Notes under the pieces: model-generated
Databases searched by the model: none
Told to the model about the DNA's origin: nothing
Seen by the model: the letters and a program-made list of their open reading frames with translations, nothing else
Program-made: the position numbers and the translations under genes
From: the human T2T-CHM13v2.0 reference genome, Homo sapiens
Strand: one strand, 5' to 3'
Length of the DNA: 64,000 bases
NCBI RefSeq assembly: GCF_009914755.1
Contig: NC_060929.1
Part shown: positions 32,114 through 47,480 of the stretch, in pieces
Numbering within the stretch: position 1 is the stretch's first letter
How the letters are laid out: each line of letters starts with the position of its first letter

Positions 32114-33103
32114 CTATGAAAAGAAATCTTGATCACTTACCATTTCATGTAAAAAATATTATAAGTCACAGTCTGAATTAATCAAAACTACCCATCCCTA
32201 CAAAATATAAAAGACTTGGGCAACGCTGGATGCTGCATCAAGAATACAATAAAATGATACTTATTTATAAAAGGTTCTTTCTGCCCCAAATTTAGAGGCT
32301 CATCTTTCCACAGTGTGACAACTAGGTGATAAATCAGAATCAGTAAATGTAAAATGGTCAGGAGACTCAAACATCACTAAATGTATTAATATCTGTTTTC
32401 CACCCAACACTTGTATTTCCTAAAAGTACTAAGTTTACTAAAACATGAAGTACAGGAAAGAAAAAGTTTACCAACAATCACCTTATGAGTACCTATTAGT
32501 CTATGCTGGGTATTGTGAAGAAGATACTGTTCTTTCATCACAGAGACTTAGGCTTAGTAGGGTAGGTAATCATATAAATTAAGAACAGAAGTTTAAAGTA
32601 AGGTAAAGAACAGTACTAAAATGCACTAAAATAGACCCATCGTAAAGGACTGAACAAATACTCTTCATTTCCCAATACTTTACTGTAGGATCTAAAAGTG
32701 TGCAAAGAGCTGTGATTTTTGAACTCTATAAAATGACCTTATACTTACAACTACAATTTGGAAACATATTAGTCTTACATATTTTAAAGAAACTATAAAA
32801 TTTTTAAAAACCATATATTAAAAAGTCATTCATAGAAAATAATGAAAATGTCTTTTAGAAGATAAAATGGTACTAAGTAGATTCTTAAAAAATATTTCTA
32901 AATATTATACTCACTTGAGTCATCTTGTTAATGAAAAAGCATGGGTATTAAAGGCATTATAGAAAAAATGAGTGAACACACAAGAATTCCCTAATAAGTA
33001 GAAAGCACTCAAATATGAATATTAGTGAAGACTACAGAATCTTAATTCATTAAGTATCTCATGTTTTGAACATTTACCCTTTTTTACTGCCAAAAAGATC
33101 ATC

Positions 33104-33423
33104 TTTTTTTTTTTTTTTTTTCTTTTTTTTGAGACAGGTTCTCCCACTGTCACCCAGACTGGAGTGTAGTGGTGTGCACTGCAGATCTCGGCTCACTGCA
33201 ACCTTGTCCTCCTGGACTCAAGAAATCCTCTCTCCTGAACGCCCTGAATACCTGGGAACACAGGTATGCACCACCCTACCCAACTAATTTTTTAAATATT
33301 TGTAGAGACTCGGGGGAGGTTGCTATGCTGCCCAGGCTAGTCTTGAACTCCTGGGCTCATGTGATCCACCCACCTTGGCCTCCCAAAATGCTGGGATTAC
33401 AGGGTGAGCCACCATGCCCAGCT
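33104..33423 (-). mobile_element. AluJ-like
   Basis: Poly-T plus diverged dimer. Confidence 0.85.
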
Positions 33424-34303
33424 GATCTTCCTTCTTTTGAGGACTACCTTTCCTCTCCATCTTAAACCCAGAGATTACAGTGGGAAACAGTGCCCTGTTC
33501 CCTAGCTATGTAAACTAAGTTAGAAAGAGCTTTTCTCTAGATTTCTGTACACAATTAGATCTGGAAGCAGAGCATCCTTTCTTAACTGGTTGCTAAATTG
33601 GAAGAATATGAGAGTAGGCAGCCTATAGCCTCATGGAAACGCCTTCCTGTGGCAGAAGAAAATGAAACCAATAGGCAGGGAAATAGGAAAGGGAATGGGG
33701 AGGAGGACACTGAACAAGAGAGTCAAACAAAGACTCAGAGCAACAAAGCAACAGAAACAGAGCATGCAGGGCAGAGAAAGAAAGAGCACAGCATGTGCTG
33801 CAAAGAGCATTTGTGACAGAAAGTGTCACAAAGCAAGCAAGCAAGGAAAAATAAGCAAGCCGTACGGAGCCAAAAGACCAGAAACAGGCAGACGGGGCAG
33901 ACGTACCTGCAAGCATCCAGGTACCCTGAGGCTAGAGTTGCCTCTGCTTTCTCTGGTGGTCAATAAACTAACCTTTTGGCTTTACATTTTTTTTCTTCTT
34001 CTTTTTTTTTTTTTTAAAGACAGGGTTTCACTCTGTCACCCAAGTTGTGCAGTGGTATGATCACAGCTCACTGTAGCCTCAGCCTCCCTAGTAGCTAGGA
34101 CCACAGGCACTGGCCTTTTGGCTTTTGTTAATTCAAGTTAAGGCTCTGACACCTACAACTAGAAGAGTCTGGATCTGTTTCCTAAGACCATGTCTTATAC
34201 TTCCTTTGGATTTCTGCACAGCTTTAAGTAATAGTCATTTAACAATCTAGACTAAATACTCAAATTGTGATCTTTAAATTAGACAAGCTAGTTCTTAAGG
34301 GTC

Positions 34304-34649
34304 TGCGATTGTCTGAATGTTTGTACCTCCTCAAAATTCTTATTTTGAGTGATGGAATTATGAAGTGGGGCCTTTGGGAAGTGATTAGGTCATGAGAACT
34401 CTCACGAATGGGATTAGTATATAAGAAGCCTGAGGGAGCTCATTCTCCCCTTCTACTCTGTGAAGCTACAGTTAGAAGGTACCTCTAACAATCAGAAAGA
34501 GGTCTTTTACCAGACACCAAATCTGCTTGCTGGTGCCTTGATCTTTAAACTTTCCAGCCTCAAGAATAGTGAGAAATAAATTTCTGGTGTTTATAAGCTA
34601 CCCCCCAGTCTACAGTATTTTGTTACAGCAGCCTGAATGGACTAAGACA
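34304..34649 (+). mobile_element. MLT1A-like MaLR LTR
   Basis: TG...GACTAAGACA termini; near-TSD GGGTC/GGATC. Confidence 0.8.
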
Positions 34650-35352
34650 GGATCATATAGGGGCAACTGTATCTCATGACTGACTAGTACGCTCTGAGTT
34701 GTTTACTGGCTATGAAATTACAGGGTTTAAACGGAGTATATTTCTGAATAATACATAGAACCACAAACTTGTTTGCAGGTTATAATCCTTTTTTAAAGAC
34801 AAGTAGTTTTAAATTTAAATATGTGTACATGCTAAAAAGACTTTCCAAAAACCTTATTTATATACACTGATTTAATCTAAGAAACGACTGGGAAAAAACC
34901 TAAAGCAGTATTTTCTACACAATTTAATTTCTCAATATGCAGGAGAGCTCACTCCTAGTATATCCCTTTTCTATTTTATCAATTTTTAAGTGTAATCTGC
35001 ATTAAAAATTCAGGTTTTTAAATCACTCTGTCTTCATCTTAATCTAAGGTTTTCATCCCCTGACCCAGATTATTTCAATCTGGTCTCATTCCCATATTTT
35101 AGATTATGTTGGATAAAAAGATAGATGGCTCACAACATAAAAAGGCAAGATGGAATTTAGTTATATGGACAGTAGAGAAGGCTAATTATCATCTGCATGA
35201 GAAGCAAAGACAATTAAGGAGATAGCTCTTTAGGAAGAATGGAAGTCATGGGTTGGGACTGAGAGAAGGCTACTAAAAGAACTTTTTTAGGAACCTTTTA
35301 ATACCAACTGCAAAGGAAAGAATATAATCTACCCTTACAATTTGTCTTTCTA

Positions 35353-35743
<391 letters not shown>

Positions 35744-37673
35744 TTAAGAAAATACATTAAACTATTAAAATATTAAGAGTATACATGAGCATAAGGTGAT
35801 AAAACAGGAATTAAGAATAAAAAATAAGACTGTTCAAAAACATGCTAAGAAATTTAAAGGGATTTTTTTAAACTTAAAATGAATTTTTAAAAATGTAAAG
35901 ACCAACTCCTTGATTAAACAAAGGAAAGTCAGGTCCTTAAGAGAAAGGTAGATATGATTATGACCACAGGACAAGAAGTCACTGCATGATACTTCTGAAG
36001 ATGCAGTTCCTGGGCAGAAAGTTTAATTCTATAATAATTAGGTAAGAATTTTTTTTCAACGTAATATCCACAATGTTCAGCATACAATAAAAACTTACTA
36101 CATAAGTGAAGCAGGGAAATGTGACCTATAAACAGGAAACAAACCACTATAAAGAGACTCGATAATGATAGAGATAATGAAAGTAAGAGACAAGAACTTT
36201 CAACATTTACTACAAATAAGTTCAAGAATTTAGAAGAAAAACAATTAGAGGAAAAATGGATAATCTCAGTAAGGAGATATAAACTGTAAGAAGAATAAAT
36301 TTGAAGAAAGGGCAACAAAAGCTACCCAATCTGAAGTAGAGATGAGAAAAAAGCCAAAAAAAAATTAATAAAGCCTTAGAGACTCATATCATAATACCAC
36401 GAGTGGAAATATGTGGGTCAAAAGACACTCCGTATTCGTGAAGGTAGGGTACACAGAAGACTCATCCCCAGCCTTTCAATTAATTTATCCTAGCACCTGG
36501 GACATATCAGACCCTTAATTATGATAAATGAGTTAAGTCCAGGAAAAATATATATATTGGTGATAGGATTAAGACAGCATGAAACTTTTTTCTTTTCCTG
36601 ACATATGAATGTGTCTCTGTATACATAAATATAATTTGGTGAGGCAGACAGTCTGAGGTGATTTTCTGATGACTCGGCCTTCCCCAAATAAACCACCAGA
36701 GGATATCCTTTTCCTGTTTCCATCTAGATAAACATGAAGCTACAATGAAGAGAACTATAGGTTGGAACTAAGAGTTATACAAACTTACAAAAACCACATT
36801 TTCAAATTTAGGGCAAGTGTTAAGCCTTAGACTTTCAGTGCCTCTCTTTTCTGTATTCCCATCTTTAGTATTTCATTTAACCTTTTCATGGACCATTTAG
36901 TTCTTAGGTCTTCCTGGTCAGGGTTAGAACTCTATGAAGTTAATCTTTCAGTCCAGGTTGACCCATTTCATAACCTCTACAACACGGCAGGCAGGCAAAA
37001 TCAAGTCTCTTTTGCCCTGGATAATAAAGTTTTAGTTAGCAGAGATCTGCATTTTCCTTGAAGCCAATATTGGTTTCTACTTTCAAATATAATTCAATGC
37101 AAAAGAAGAATTTCTAGAGTACTTCCTAAATGCCAACACTGTGCCTGACTCACCATGGGATACAAATTTAAGACATCAACTCTGCACTCCATAAATTTAC
37201 TCTGGTGATGAAAAATGTCAAGTTTACAAGTAACTACCAAAAAAAGCAGAGAGAAAAAGTGACATGTCCGAGAGAAAAACTGCTGAGGGATTCCAAGGAA
37301 GGAGACATTTCTTCTTGTTGGAAAGACATGGGAGATAACATGAAAATGTCATCTTCATGAAGCTACGGGTAGAAGAGCATGATTAAAACACAAGACTAGG
37401 AAAAGGCAGACATGTTCAGGGAATAACGTACATATGTGATGGGGCAGAATCTAGAATGTGTAAGTGGGGGAACAGTAAAATATAAAACTACATTGTAGTT
37501 AGAGGTAAAAGGCTTGGAATTTAAAATTAAGAGTGTAATTTAGATAACAGTGAAGAATTAAAGCTTTTTAAATACAAGAGTAATTAAAAATCAGAGCAAT
37601 TTATTTCAAGTGGGAGTTTAAAAATGATAGTCAAAAGATGATAACAGATTTTGACTAGGACTCAGATGATATC

Positions 37674-37930
37674 TTTTTTTTTTTTTTTTTTTTTCTGTGA
37701 CGGAGTCTTTCTCTGTCACCCAGGCTGGAGTGCAGTGGTGCGATCTTGGCTCACTGCACCTCTGCCTCCTGGGTTCAAGCGATTCTCTTGCCTCAGCCTC
37801 CTGAGTAGCTGGTGCATGCGCCACCGCACGTGGCTACTTTTTTTTGTATTTTTAGTAGAGATGGGGTTTTGCTATGTTAGCCAGGCTGGTCTCAAACTCC
37901 TGACCTCAAGTGATCCACCGAACCCAGCCT
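37674..37930 (-). mobile_element. 5'-truncated AluS
   Basis: TSD CTCAGATGATAT. Confidence 0.88.
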
Positions 37931-38611
37931 CAGATGATATTCTTAACAGAAATATTAAAGAAAGGTGTAAGAGAACATGTGGTGACTTGAGTTGACAAAA
38001 GAACATACTGGTGAAAACGTGGCACCAGAGTTCTGAAGAGATTGGCACTCCGAGCTGTGCATTAGGAAATCATGTTGCCATAGAGGTGGTAACTGAAGTC
38101 TTGGGATTTTTAAGAACACGCTTACTGCCTATATAGAAACTGAAAAGGTAGGTGGTGGATAAATGTGTGTCTGGAGTTGTTTAAGAATGAGTTAACAAAA
38201 AGACAACATGCTTTTGTTCAAGAGTCAATATTTCACAGTTTTCCAGCTCATGGAAAAGACTGAAATAAATAGAAAAAGGAATCTAGAAAGAAGTACTCCT
38301 TATTCTCTTGAATACTCTTTGAAGATGCAGAAAATATTCTATCTAAGAACACTCTTACACCTTAATGTATACTTTAAAATTTTAATCTATGCTGATTAGA
38401 AACACATTCACACTGGAATCACTGATTTGCCTTTTTTTCCCTCCACACTATAGTACATGCTATATTTTGAAGTTTCTTTGAGGGCCAAGGGCTTTTATTT
38501 TTAGACCAGAAGACATGAAAACTCTCAAGAAGGAAATGCATAGAAGTGTAGCCACACATTTGGCCATATAAAACAGTGTAAACAGTTTTCCTGTTAAGAA
38601 CTGCTGTCAGG

Positions 38612-38870
38612 AAAACCAAATCCCGCATGTTCTTACTTATAAGTGGGCGCTAACAATTGGGTACACATGGACCTAAAGATAGGAACACCAGACACTGGGG
38701 TCTATTAGGGCAGGGAGAGAGGGGCAAGGGCTGAAAAACCACCAAATGGGTATTATGCTCACTATCTGGGTGATGGGATCATTCGAACCCCAAACACTCA
38801 GCACCACGCAATATACTATGTAAGAAATCTGCACATGTACCCCCCTGCATCTAAAATAAAAGTTGAAATT
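38612..38870 (+). mobile_element. L1PA/L1PB-type 3' end
   Basis: CATGTTCTTACTTATAAGTGGG...CTGCACATGTACCCC...AAAATAAAAGTTGAAA. Confidence 0.85.
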
Positions 38871-39155
38871 ATTTTTAAAAATTGGGGAGACATCCATTTT
38901 TCTGGATAAGAAGACTCCACGTTAGAAAAAAATGCCCAAATTAATCTATATATAGTCTTCTGCCCCACAAAAAAAGCTGGATTTCACTTGAAACGTTTCT
39001 AAATTTCTAGAAGAATAAAAGCAGAAACACTAAAAAAAAATTGCTGTTAGGATATCTTCCCCTCAACTGTCCAAATTAAAAATACTTCTATCATTTCACA
39101 AGGCTTTTCTTATGGTGTTAAAGGCTAGGTGTTCACTTAAAAAATCTCTCAAATG

Positions 39156-39480
<325 letters not shown>

Positions 39481-39701
39481 CTCAAATGCTAAAATTCAAA
39501 TAACTAGACAAATCACTTCAGCTATCCCAGGCTAAGATACATACATTGGCAATGTACACCTGTAACTAAGGGGTATATTCATAGCTCCAAAAGGGAATCT
39601 AAAGGCAGCCTAAGGTGAAAGGAAAGATCAAGGGTCCAGTACTGATATTTAATTCTTCTCCTTGTTTATTCCCGAGGATCTGATTGGAAACATTCGCGCA
39701 T

Positions 39702-39703
<2 letters not shown>

Positions 39704-39737
<34 letters not shown>
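39704..39737. repeat. (AC)17 microsatellite; (UG)17 in the pre-mRNA
   Basis: Read directly. Confidence 0.95.
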
Positions 39738-39742
<5 letters not shown>

Positions 39743-40293
39743 TTAGTTAGACATTTCTCTTACCCATGGATTAAAATTATAGAAATCTTGTACTTTGGAG
39801 GGTATATCTTATCAATCTATTATAATTCTGTGTTTATTCCTTTTACTCTCCTTTAAATATTTTCCAATTTTTTTTTCAACTTTTAACTATACAATCTATT
39901 TACGTCCTCCTTAATATTTGTTAAATAAATAAAAATGTTCGTTTAAGAAACATAATAAAAACTACCCACAAACCCACCACTAGTAGAAAAACACTGTTAC
40001 TAACTGGTGTTCTTGAACTCGGATTTACATTCTGTATCTACAAGTATAACATATTTAAGTATACAGGTATATATATTTATTTAACGAAATATAAATAAAA
40101 TGTTAAAAATACCTACTTATCTCATAGATATGATATATAAGATTTTATACATATGAGATATAAAAAATATATAAGTATGTAGGTGTATATTTTTATGATT
40201 TTGATTTTTTTCCTTTTGTGTTTATCTTTATTGGCTTCTTTTTATTTTGGCGTTTATGCTGTTTCTATCTTTTGGCTATGGTCCTAAAGTTAA

Positions 40294-40610
<317 letters not shown>

Positions 40611-41022
40611 AGCAGAGTTTGAAAATTTTTATCTTCTTTGACTACTCTTAAAAAATTTTATCTTAGGTTTTATATATTTGATGTTAACATTATTATAAGT
40701 TTCTTCTTTAAATTTCTTCATTCCTATTTTGGTTCTAGAGTTTTATCTTATTTATTTTATCTTTATTCCTTTTATCTTTTCATGCTCTCTAAATTCATTC
40801 CCACTTTTATTGGTTAATTTATAAGTTTCATTGCATCATATTTTTTTAAACTATATGATTCCATTTATATGACCTTCTGGAAAAGGCAAAACTATAAGGT
40901 CAGAAAAGAGATTGGTGGTTGCCAGGGCATAGGATAGGGGTCAGGAGAAGGTACTTGACTGCAAAGGGTCATATGGATACTTTCTGAGGTGATGGAAATA
41001 TTCTACATATTGATATAGGCTA

Positions 41023-41240
41023 TGCCATGGTCCTGCAATAGAACACCTCCAACCAACACCAGCAGGTGTACTCCAGTCTCATCCTCAGGTTGTCCAGCTA
41101 AAAGGGGAGTAATCTGCAGGTGCTAATATAAGTGCAATGCTCCTATAGGAGCTCCTGTAGTATCTTTGCAAAGATGTAGGGACCAACTGTGTACAGTCCA
41201 TCTTCTAGTTCACAATAAAGCACTGGTCTTTCCAAGTGAC
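41023..41240 (-). pseudogene. Processed ABCG8-like fragment (ABC2 transmembrane region), decayed
   Basis: Reads [50 protein letters not shown]...WLEVFYCRTMA versus recalled ABCG8 [51 protein letters not shown]...WLVVFCCRIMA; two stops, one deletion, no intron at AK|IL. Confidence 0.85.
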
Positions 41241-41730
<490 letters not shown>

Positions 41731-42154
41731 TACTTTGATTTTTAGGTGTGCAACAATTCTTCTTTCACAAGATAATTCTTTTGGGGAGGGGCAGAAAGCA
41801 TGAAGCCCAATAGGTACACAAGTACTAAGTGGTGCCAGAGCTATTGTATTAACTTGTTTCATCTCTCTTTTAATTCTTTGTTCTCTCTACTATAAAATGG
41901 AGAACAGGGAAAAATTCCTTGTTCTGTATACTGTAAAAAGCAAACAGGGAGATATAGATGACCACAGCAATTACCTTTGTTGAGAAAAGCCACATATAAA
42001 CCAAAAAATGGGTATTGTCTTTGTTCCATTTTGCATCTGCCTACAAACTTCCCTGAATAGAAGAAGGCTATTTTCCTAAAATATCTCAATCTGGGTAACT
42101 TTGTAGAACCAGTCTAAAATGCTTTCCTCAGACAATGATACTATTTCTACAATT

Positions 42155-42470
42155 CTTAGTATATGGTAGCCACTAGCCGTATGTGGTTATTAGGCACTTA
42201 AAACATGGCTAGTCCAAATTGAGATGTGCTGTAACTTTAAATTAAACTCTGTTTTTTGATGACTTAATATGCAAAAGTAATGTAAGGTAACTCATGCATA
42301 ATGTTAAAACATTAAATACATGTTGTAATTATAGTATTTGGTTATACTGCACTAAATAAAATATATTACTAAAATGAATTTTACCTGTTTCCTTTTATAT
42401 TTTTTAATGTGGCTACTAGAAAATTTAAAATTAAATACGTGGCTCACATTAAATTTCTATTTGACAGTTC
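42155..42470. mobile_element. MER3/MER33-like hAT element
   Basis: GGTAGCCACTAGCC...GTGGCTACTAGAAAATTTAAAATT...GTGGCTCACATT motifs. Confidence 0.7.
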
Positions 42471-43305
42471 TGAAATAGGTAATATATTTGAATTCCTTAA
42501 CAAACCAACCCTCAATATCATGCATCCTCTTGTTATTTTATTTAAACTGTTTTATGTTCTATACTCATGATCTCTGACAAAATCAACCACTGGGCTCCAC
42601 ACCCAGGGAACTGCTCCTTACAACTTGCATTAAAGAAGACATCATAGAAGTTCCACTATCTGGATCCTGAAATACTTATTACCCTGGCTTGAACCTAACT
42701 TGGGTTCAATCTCAGCAGGATCATGTGAGGATTCTCTCAGTTTATGGGTCTTCCTAGAACCTTCTCCCCAATATTACAATGATCACTGAAAAGCTCAGTA
42801 GGTTTGAAATTGTTCCTCTTGGGTTTTAGAAAATGGAAAAGTCCATCAATATTCTCACTAATTTGCTATTTAATTCACGCTAGACTACAACAGAGGCTTT
42901 ATGGTAGAAAAGCAGCTCTAATTTTCTTCATGACTTCTAACTACAGAAGACATATACAGTCAATTATAACAAAAATCAGCCTTTTTATAAGTTTAAGTTC
43001 AGTTATTCCAAGAACTAATTTTTTAACCAAAACAAGCATTAGATATTAATATGGATTCACCTGGATAAATGAAAGAGAACACTAGATTCATACTCTGCTG
43101 AACCATACTTAATCATTCTCAAAAGACAGATCACGTCTTTAATCATGCTTACAAATTTGACACAGTATATAAAGCTTATTTTTCTAAAGACCTTACGCTT
43201 GAATTTCATACTCTAAAAGATATGTTAACCATCTAAGGCACAATCACAGAATATCTGGCAAATAAAAAAACCATATACGCAGCATACAAATTCCTAAGGT
43301 ATTAC

Positions 43306-43437
43306 CTGATAGATATCAGATAAACTGCTGCTTCCAGAGTCACTGGCAATGCTACAACCAGACTGACTAGAAGACACATGAGTCACCTGTGGATGAGGGT
43401 TTTCTGTGAGATGCATCTTGGTAAGATCAGCTGGAAG
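43306..43437 (-). CDS. RAPGEF6: RAPGEF6 coding exon (~exon 7), 132 nt, phase 0-0
   Basis: Reads [44 protein letters not shown]; acceptor T10-CAG, donor CAG|GTAAT; not in the ORF track. Confidence 0.97.
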
Positions 43438-43754
43438 CTGAAAAAAAAAATAATTTAAGTTATTCTAAATGTCAAGCTTTACCTTTTTAAGCGGTTTCGA
43501 CATGTTCAACAAATTTTTATGTACATTACTGTGCAATCTCTTTTTTAACCCAAGTTCTCTACTTTCAGCAAAAAGATCTTTTGAAATAAGAACCATATGG
43601 TACTCTCTGAAACTATTAGACAATCCTACAATGGTAAGCTCACTGAACAGTTTTCAAAAGCCATTACTAATGATATTTCAGAGGAAAAACTTGGCCCTTC
43701 TATCCTCCCAAATAAAAATATCAGACCTGTCCATTTAAGGGTAGGAATGTTACC

Positions 43755-43756
<2 letters not shown>

Positions 43757-43817
<61 letters not shown>

Positions 43818-43834
43818 CTCTCTCACACACACAC
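43757..43834. repeat. (AC)29(TC)5(AC)5 compound microsatellite
   Basis: Read directly; about 320 nt upstream of the acceptor at 43437. Confidence 0.95.
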
Positions 43835-44899
43835 TCACTCTCCCTCCCTCCCTCCTAATAAAAAATGGTGACTGATACAAGAATAAAACAGCAATATCTT
43901 GGAATCAAGTTCAGCTACTGGCAGCAAGACTTAAGACCAGTAACAAGTTGAGTACATTAAATATTCCAAAAATTCTGTGAGCATCTTTACACTTAATATT
44001 GAATTAGCTTCTAGTTGGCCCCTGAGAGATTTCTTAGTAATCAACATGATTTAATGAATGTCTGTACTAGGCACAGGTATACAAGAAACACAAAAAGTAA
44101 ATGACTCCACCACCTCATCTTTAATATGGTCGCATTCTTACCAGGTATGCAGGCTGTACAATATATTTCATGCCGTAAAAGAGACATCTCACAAAATACA
44201 AGCTACAGAAATTAAGACAATAAACAAACCACTGCATTCCAGAGTAGTAAAAGTTTTGCATAAGAAGTATGCTAATTTATTTTCCAAATGATTTCTCTGC
44301 AACTTGCTATTCAGGGCTATCAAAATCAATTTAATTTTTAAAATAGGGTTCCTCATTGCTTTACTAATGAAAAACATTAAAGAAACACACACATAGTGTA
44401 TATTAAATGTATTCTGAGGGAATGACTGAGTCTGAATTATGTTATCTCAAGAGGAGTTAATGTAATTATAAAAATTACACATAAAGTACATCACGAACTT
44501 CCCCTGCTGATAATGGTATGTTAGATAATTCAGACGAATCCTAGTACTAAGACAAACAGAAAACCTGAAGTACATACATACATACACACACACACAGTAT
44601 CTGGCCTCTGACGTTACTTTTTCTCCTAAGAATATTTTCTGATTCCTAAAGAAAAGGCTAAAAGGCCAAGAAGTACCTGTGACAGCCACTGGCTAAAGGG
44701 ACAAAAGTTAAATTCCAAGGCCTAGGATGGAAGGGCCATCTTTGCACTGGGACCCTGGAGAGTAAATTAGACTCTAGAGTAAATGTCACCCAAAAGTAAA
44801 CTGATGCTAATTTTAGAATGACCTCAATGCCTGATGCTAAAATAAGGTTATACAGGATTACTAGCATTTCCAATCAACTGTTGGAAGCAAACACAAATC

Positions 44900-47480
44900 C
44901 TCACTATAGGAAGAAAGTCATCCTAGGTCTCAATTAAAAAAATTTTTTTTCACATATACAACATCCATTGCTCAGCCCAATAAAACCAGGCACATATGAC
45001 GAGACAGGATGGCACTGATAAAAAGTATGGAATAAACTCCAGAAACTAACAAAGAAGTTTCAAATAATAGGGTTACCAGACACAGTCTCTAAAATAACTG
45101 TCTTTAATATATACCAGGGGTTGGCAAACATCTTCGTTAAGAGCCAAAGAATATATATTTTAGGTTTCACAGGCCACATACAGTTTCTGTTGTATGCTTT
45201 TTTTTTTTTTTTTTTTTTTTTTTACATCTTTTTAACAACTCCTTAAAAATGTAAAAATCATTCTTAGCTCACAGGTCATATAGCTCACTGGTCAGAATTG
45301 GTCCAGTTAGTGATCTATCATATATATAGAGAAAAATACAAGACTAACAATATCAGCAAAGAAAGAAAAATAATTAAATGAAAAATCTAGAACTAAAATA
45401 TACAATTATGGAAATTAAAAAGCCAACAAGTGGGCTTAATTAAAGATTTGACAGAGCTAAGAAGAGAATTTGAAAAGTAAAGACTAGTCTGAAAAATATC
45501 CAGAATGAAGCATGGAGAGGAAAAAAGGTGAAGGTGGGAGAGAAGGGGTAAGAGCCACAGGAGATTCAGTGAGAGAATGTGACATCTGAAAAACCAGAGC
45601 CTGAGAAGAGCAAGTACACAGAAGCAAGATGATAGCTAAGCATTTTCCAAAAGTGACAAAAGATCTAAAGTCACAGATCAAGGAGGTTTAAAAACTCCCA
45701 GCAAGATAAAAAAACAAACAAACAAACAAACAAAAAACCCACCCCAAAACAAACAAACAATCCCCCCATACCTATGCACACCAGGGTACATGTGGCAGGG
45801 GGTGAGGTGGAGTATCAAGAGAAAAGTTTTAAAGTAGCCAGGAAAAAAAACCAGAGTGATTAGATTACTTTGGCAGAAGCAATTAAACTGACAGCTGGCT
45901 TCTCAACATAAATTCTGGAAGCCAGAAGACAATTGAGTGATATCTCCAAGAGCTAAAATTCTATACCTAGCAAAAACAGTCCTCAAAAAAGGGAAAAAAT
46001 AATTTTCAAATAAAGAAAACTGAAGGAAATAATTCCTTAGCAGTCCTACAATGAATAAAATCCACTGGGAGAAGAAAAATGACTCCAGATGGAAGCTTTC
46101 AGGAACAAGAAAGAAGAAAAACCAAGGAAAATGGGAAATGTGTGGGTAAATCTACATGAATGCTTACTATATAAAATAGTAACATTAATATCCCATGAAG
46201 TTTAAAATACAGTAATTAAAATACAACTACAGAATGTAAGTCTGGAGAAGGGTAAATGAAGCTATTAGAGTGCTCTCAGTTCCTTGCACTGTCCATGAAG
46301 CTGTAGTAGCAGACTTGATAGGTGAAGAATGTGTTTTGTAATTTCTGATTTAAGAAAAGCATAGTAAAAAAGTGTATAACTATAAAGCTAACAGAGGGGA
46401 AAATATTAAATAATCAAAGAATGGAAAAATATAGACCATGCAAACACAACCAAAAGAAAGCTGATATAGCTTATAGATGGGAGAGGGAGAGGGAGAGGAG
46501 GAGAGAGAGGGAGAGGGAGGGGGGAGAGAGAGATTGAGAGAGAGAGAGAGAGAGAGAGACTTGCTCTGTCACCTACGCTGGAGTGCAGCGGCGCAATCTC
46601 GGCTCACTGCAACCTCTGCCTCCTGGGTTTGAGTGTTCCTTTTGCCTCAGCCTCCTGAATAGCTGGGATTACAGATGTATACCACCATGCCCAGCTAATT
46701 TCTGTATTTTTAGTACAGAAGGGGTTTCACCACATTGGCCAGGCTGGTCTCCAGCTCTTGACCTCATGTAATCTGCCTGCCTCAGCCTCCCAAAGTGCTG
46801 GGATTACAGGCGTAAGCCACCTTGCCTGGCCAAGGTGATGGATATATTAATTACCTTGATTTGTTTCACAATGTGAACATGTATCAAAACATCACACTGT
46901 ACCCCATAAATACATGCAATTATTATTTGTGAATTACAAATAAATTAAAATTAAAAAAATTTATAAGGCAAAAATGTCATCTACAATTATGCCATAAATT
47001 TTTAATACAGATTTCAGTAGCAGTCTGAATAAGCAAAATACACGAAAACAGAACAAGTAAAGATATAAAAGATATGAACATAATTAACAAACGACCTAAA
47101 GAGTATAGACATAGAATAATGGAACCAAAAACTCCAGAATGCATTTTCTTTTAGGGCACAAATAAAAACATTTGTAAAAATTTACAATTAAGGCAAGTCT
47201 CAACAAATTACAAAAGACTGAAACCAGGGAATATTCAGCAATAACACTGCAAATAAGGTAGAAATACATAACAAAAAGATAAATAGAAAACTATCATGTT
47301 AGAAAATTGTAAACAATCCTCTATTGAAATAGCCCATAAATCCATGAAGTCACATTGGAAATTAGAAAATATTAAAACAGAAAATTAAGATGCTATATAT
47401 GAAAACCTGTGGGATAAGTTAAAGTCATGCTTAGAGGCCATTTATAGCTCTACTATGTATATCAGAAAAGGCAGCAAAAA
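44900..47480 (+). mobile_element. Fragmented old L1 (ORF1 to ORF2) with nested MER58-like element (~45115-45310) and a minus-strand AluS with (GA)n tail (46479-46831)
   Basis: L1 motifs (GGAAGCCAGAAGACA, AAGGCAAGTCTCAACAAATT, AAAACCTGTGGGAT); boundaries approximate. Confidence 0.65.

Noticed and set aside
31915-32132. Plus-strand ORFs, one Ser-rich
   Set aside because: Antisense shadow of the acidic RAPGEF6 exon
33598-34060. Overlapping ORFs of 72-132 aa
   Set aside because: Purine-rich, low-complexity sequence, probably within an old LTR and running into an Alu arm; no domain similarity
35929-36318. 129-aa hydrophobic minus-strand ORF
   Set aside because: Antisense reading of A-rich, old L1-like sequence
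36390-36800. Unassigned sequence next to an L1-like fragment, examined as a possible pseudogene piece
   Set aside because: No protein or RNA similarity recognisable by eye
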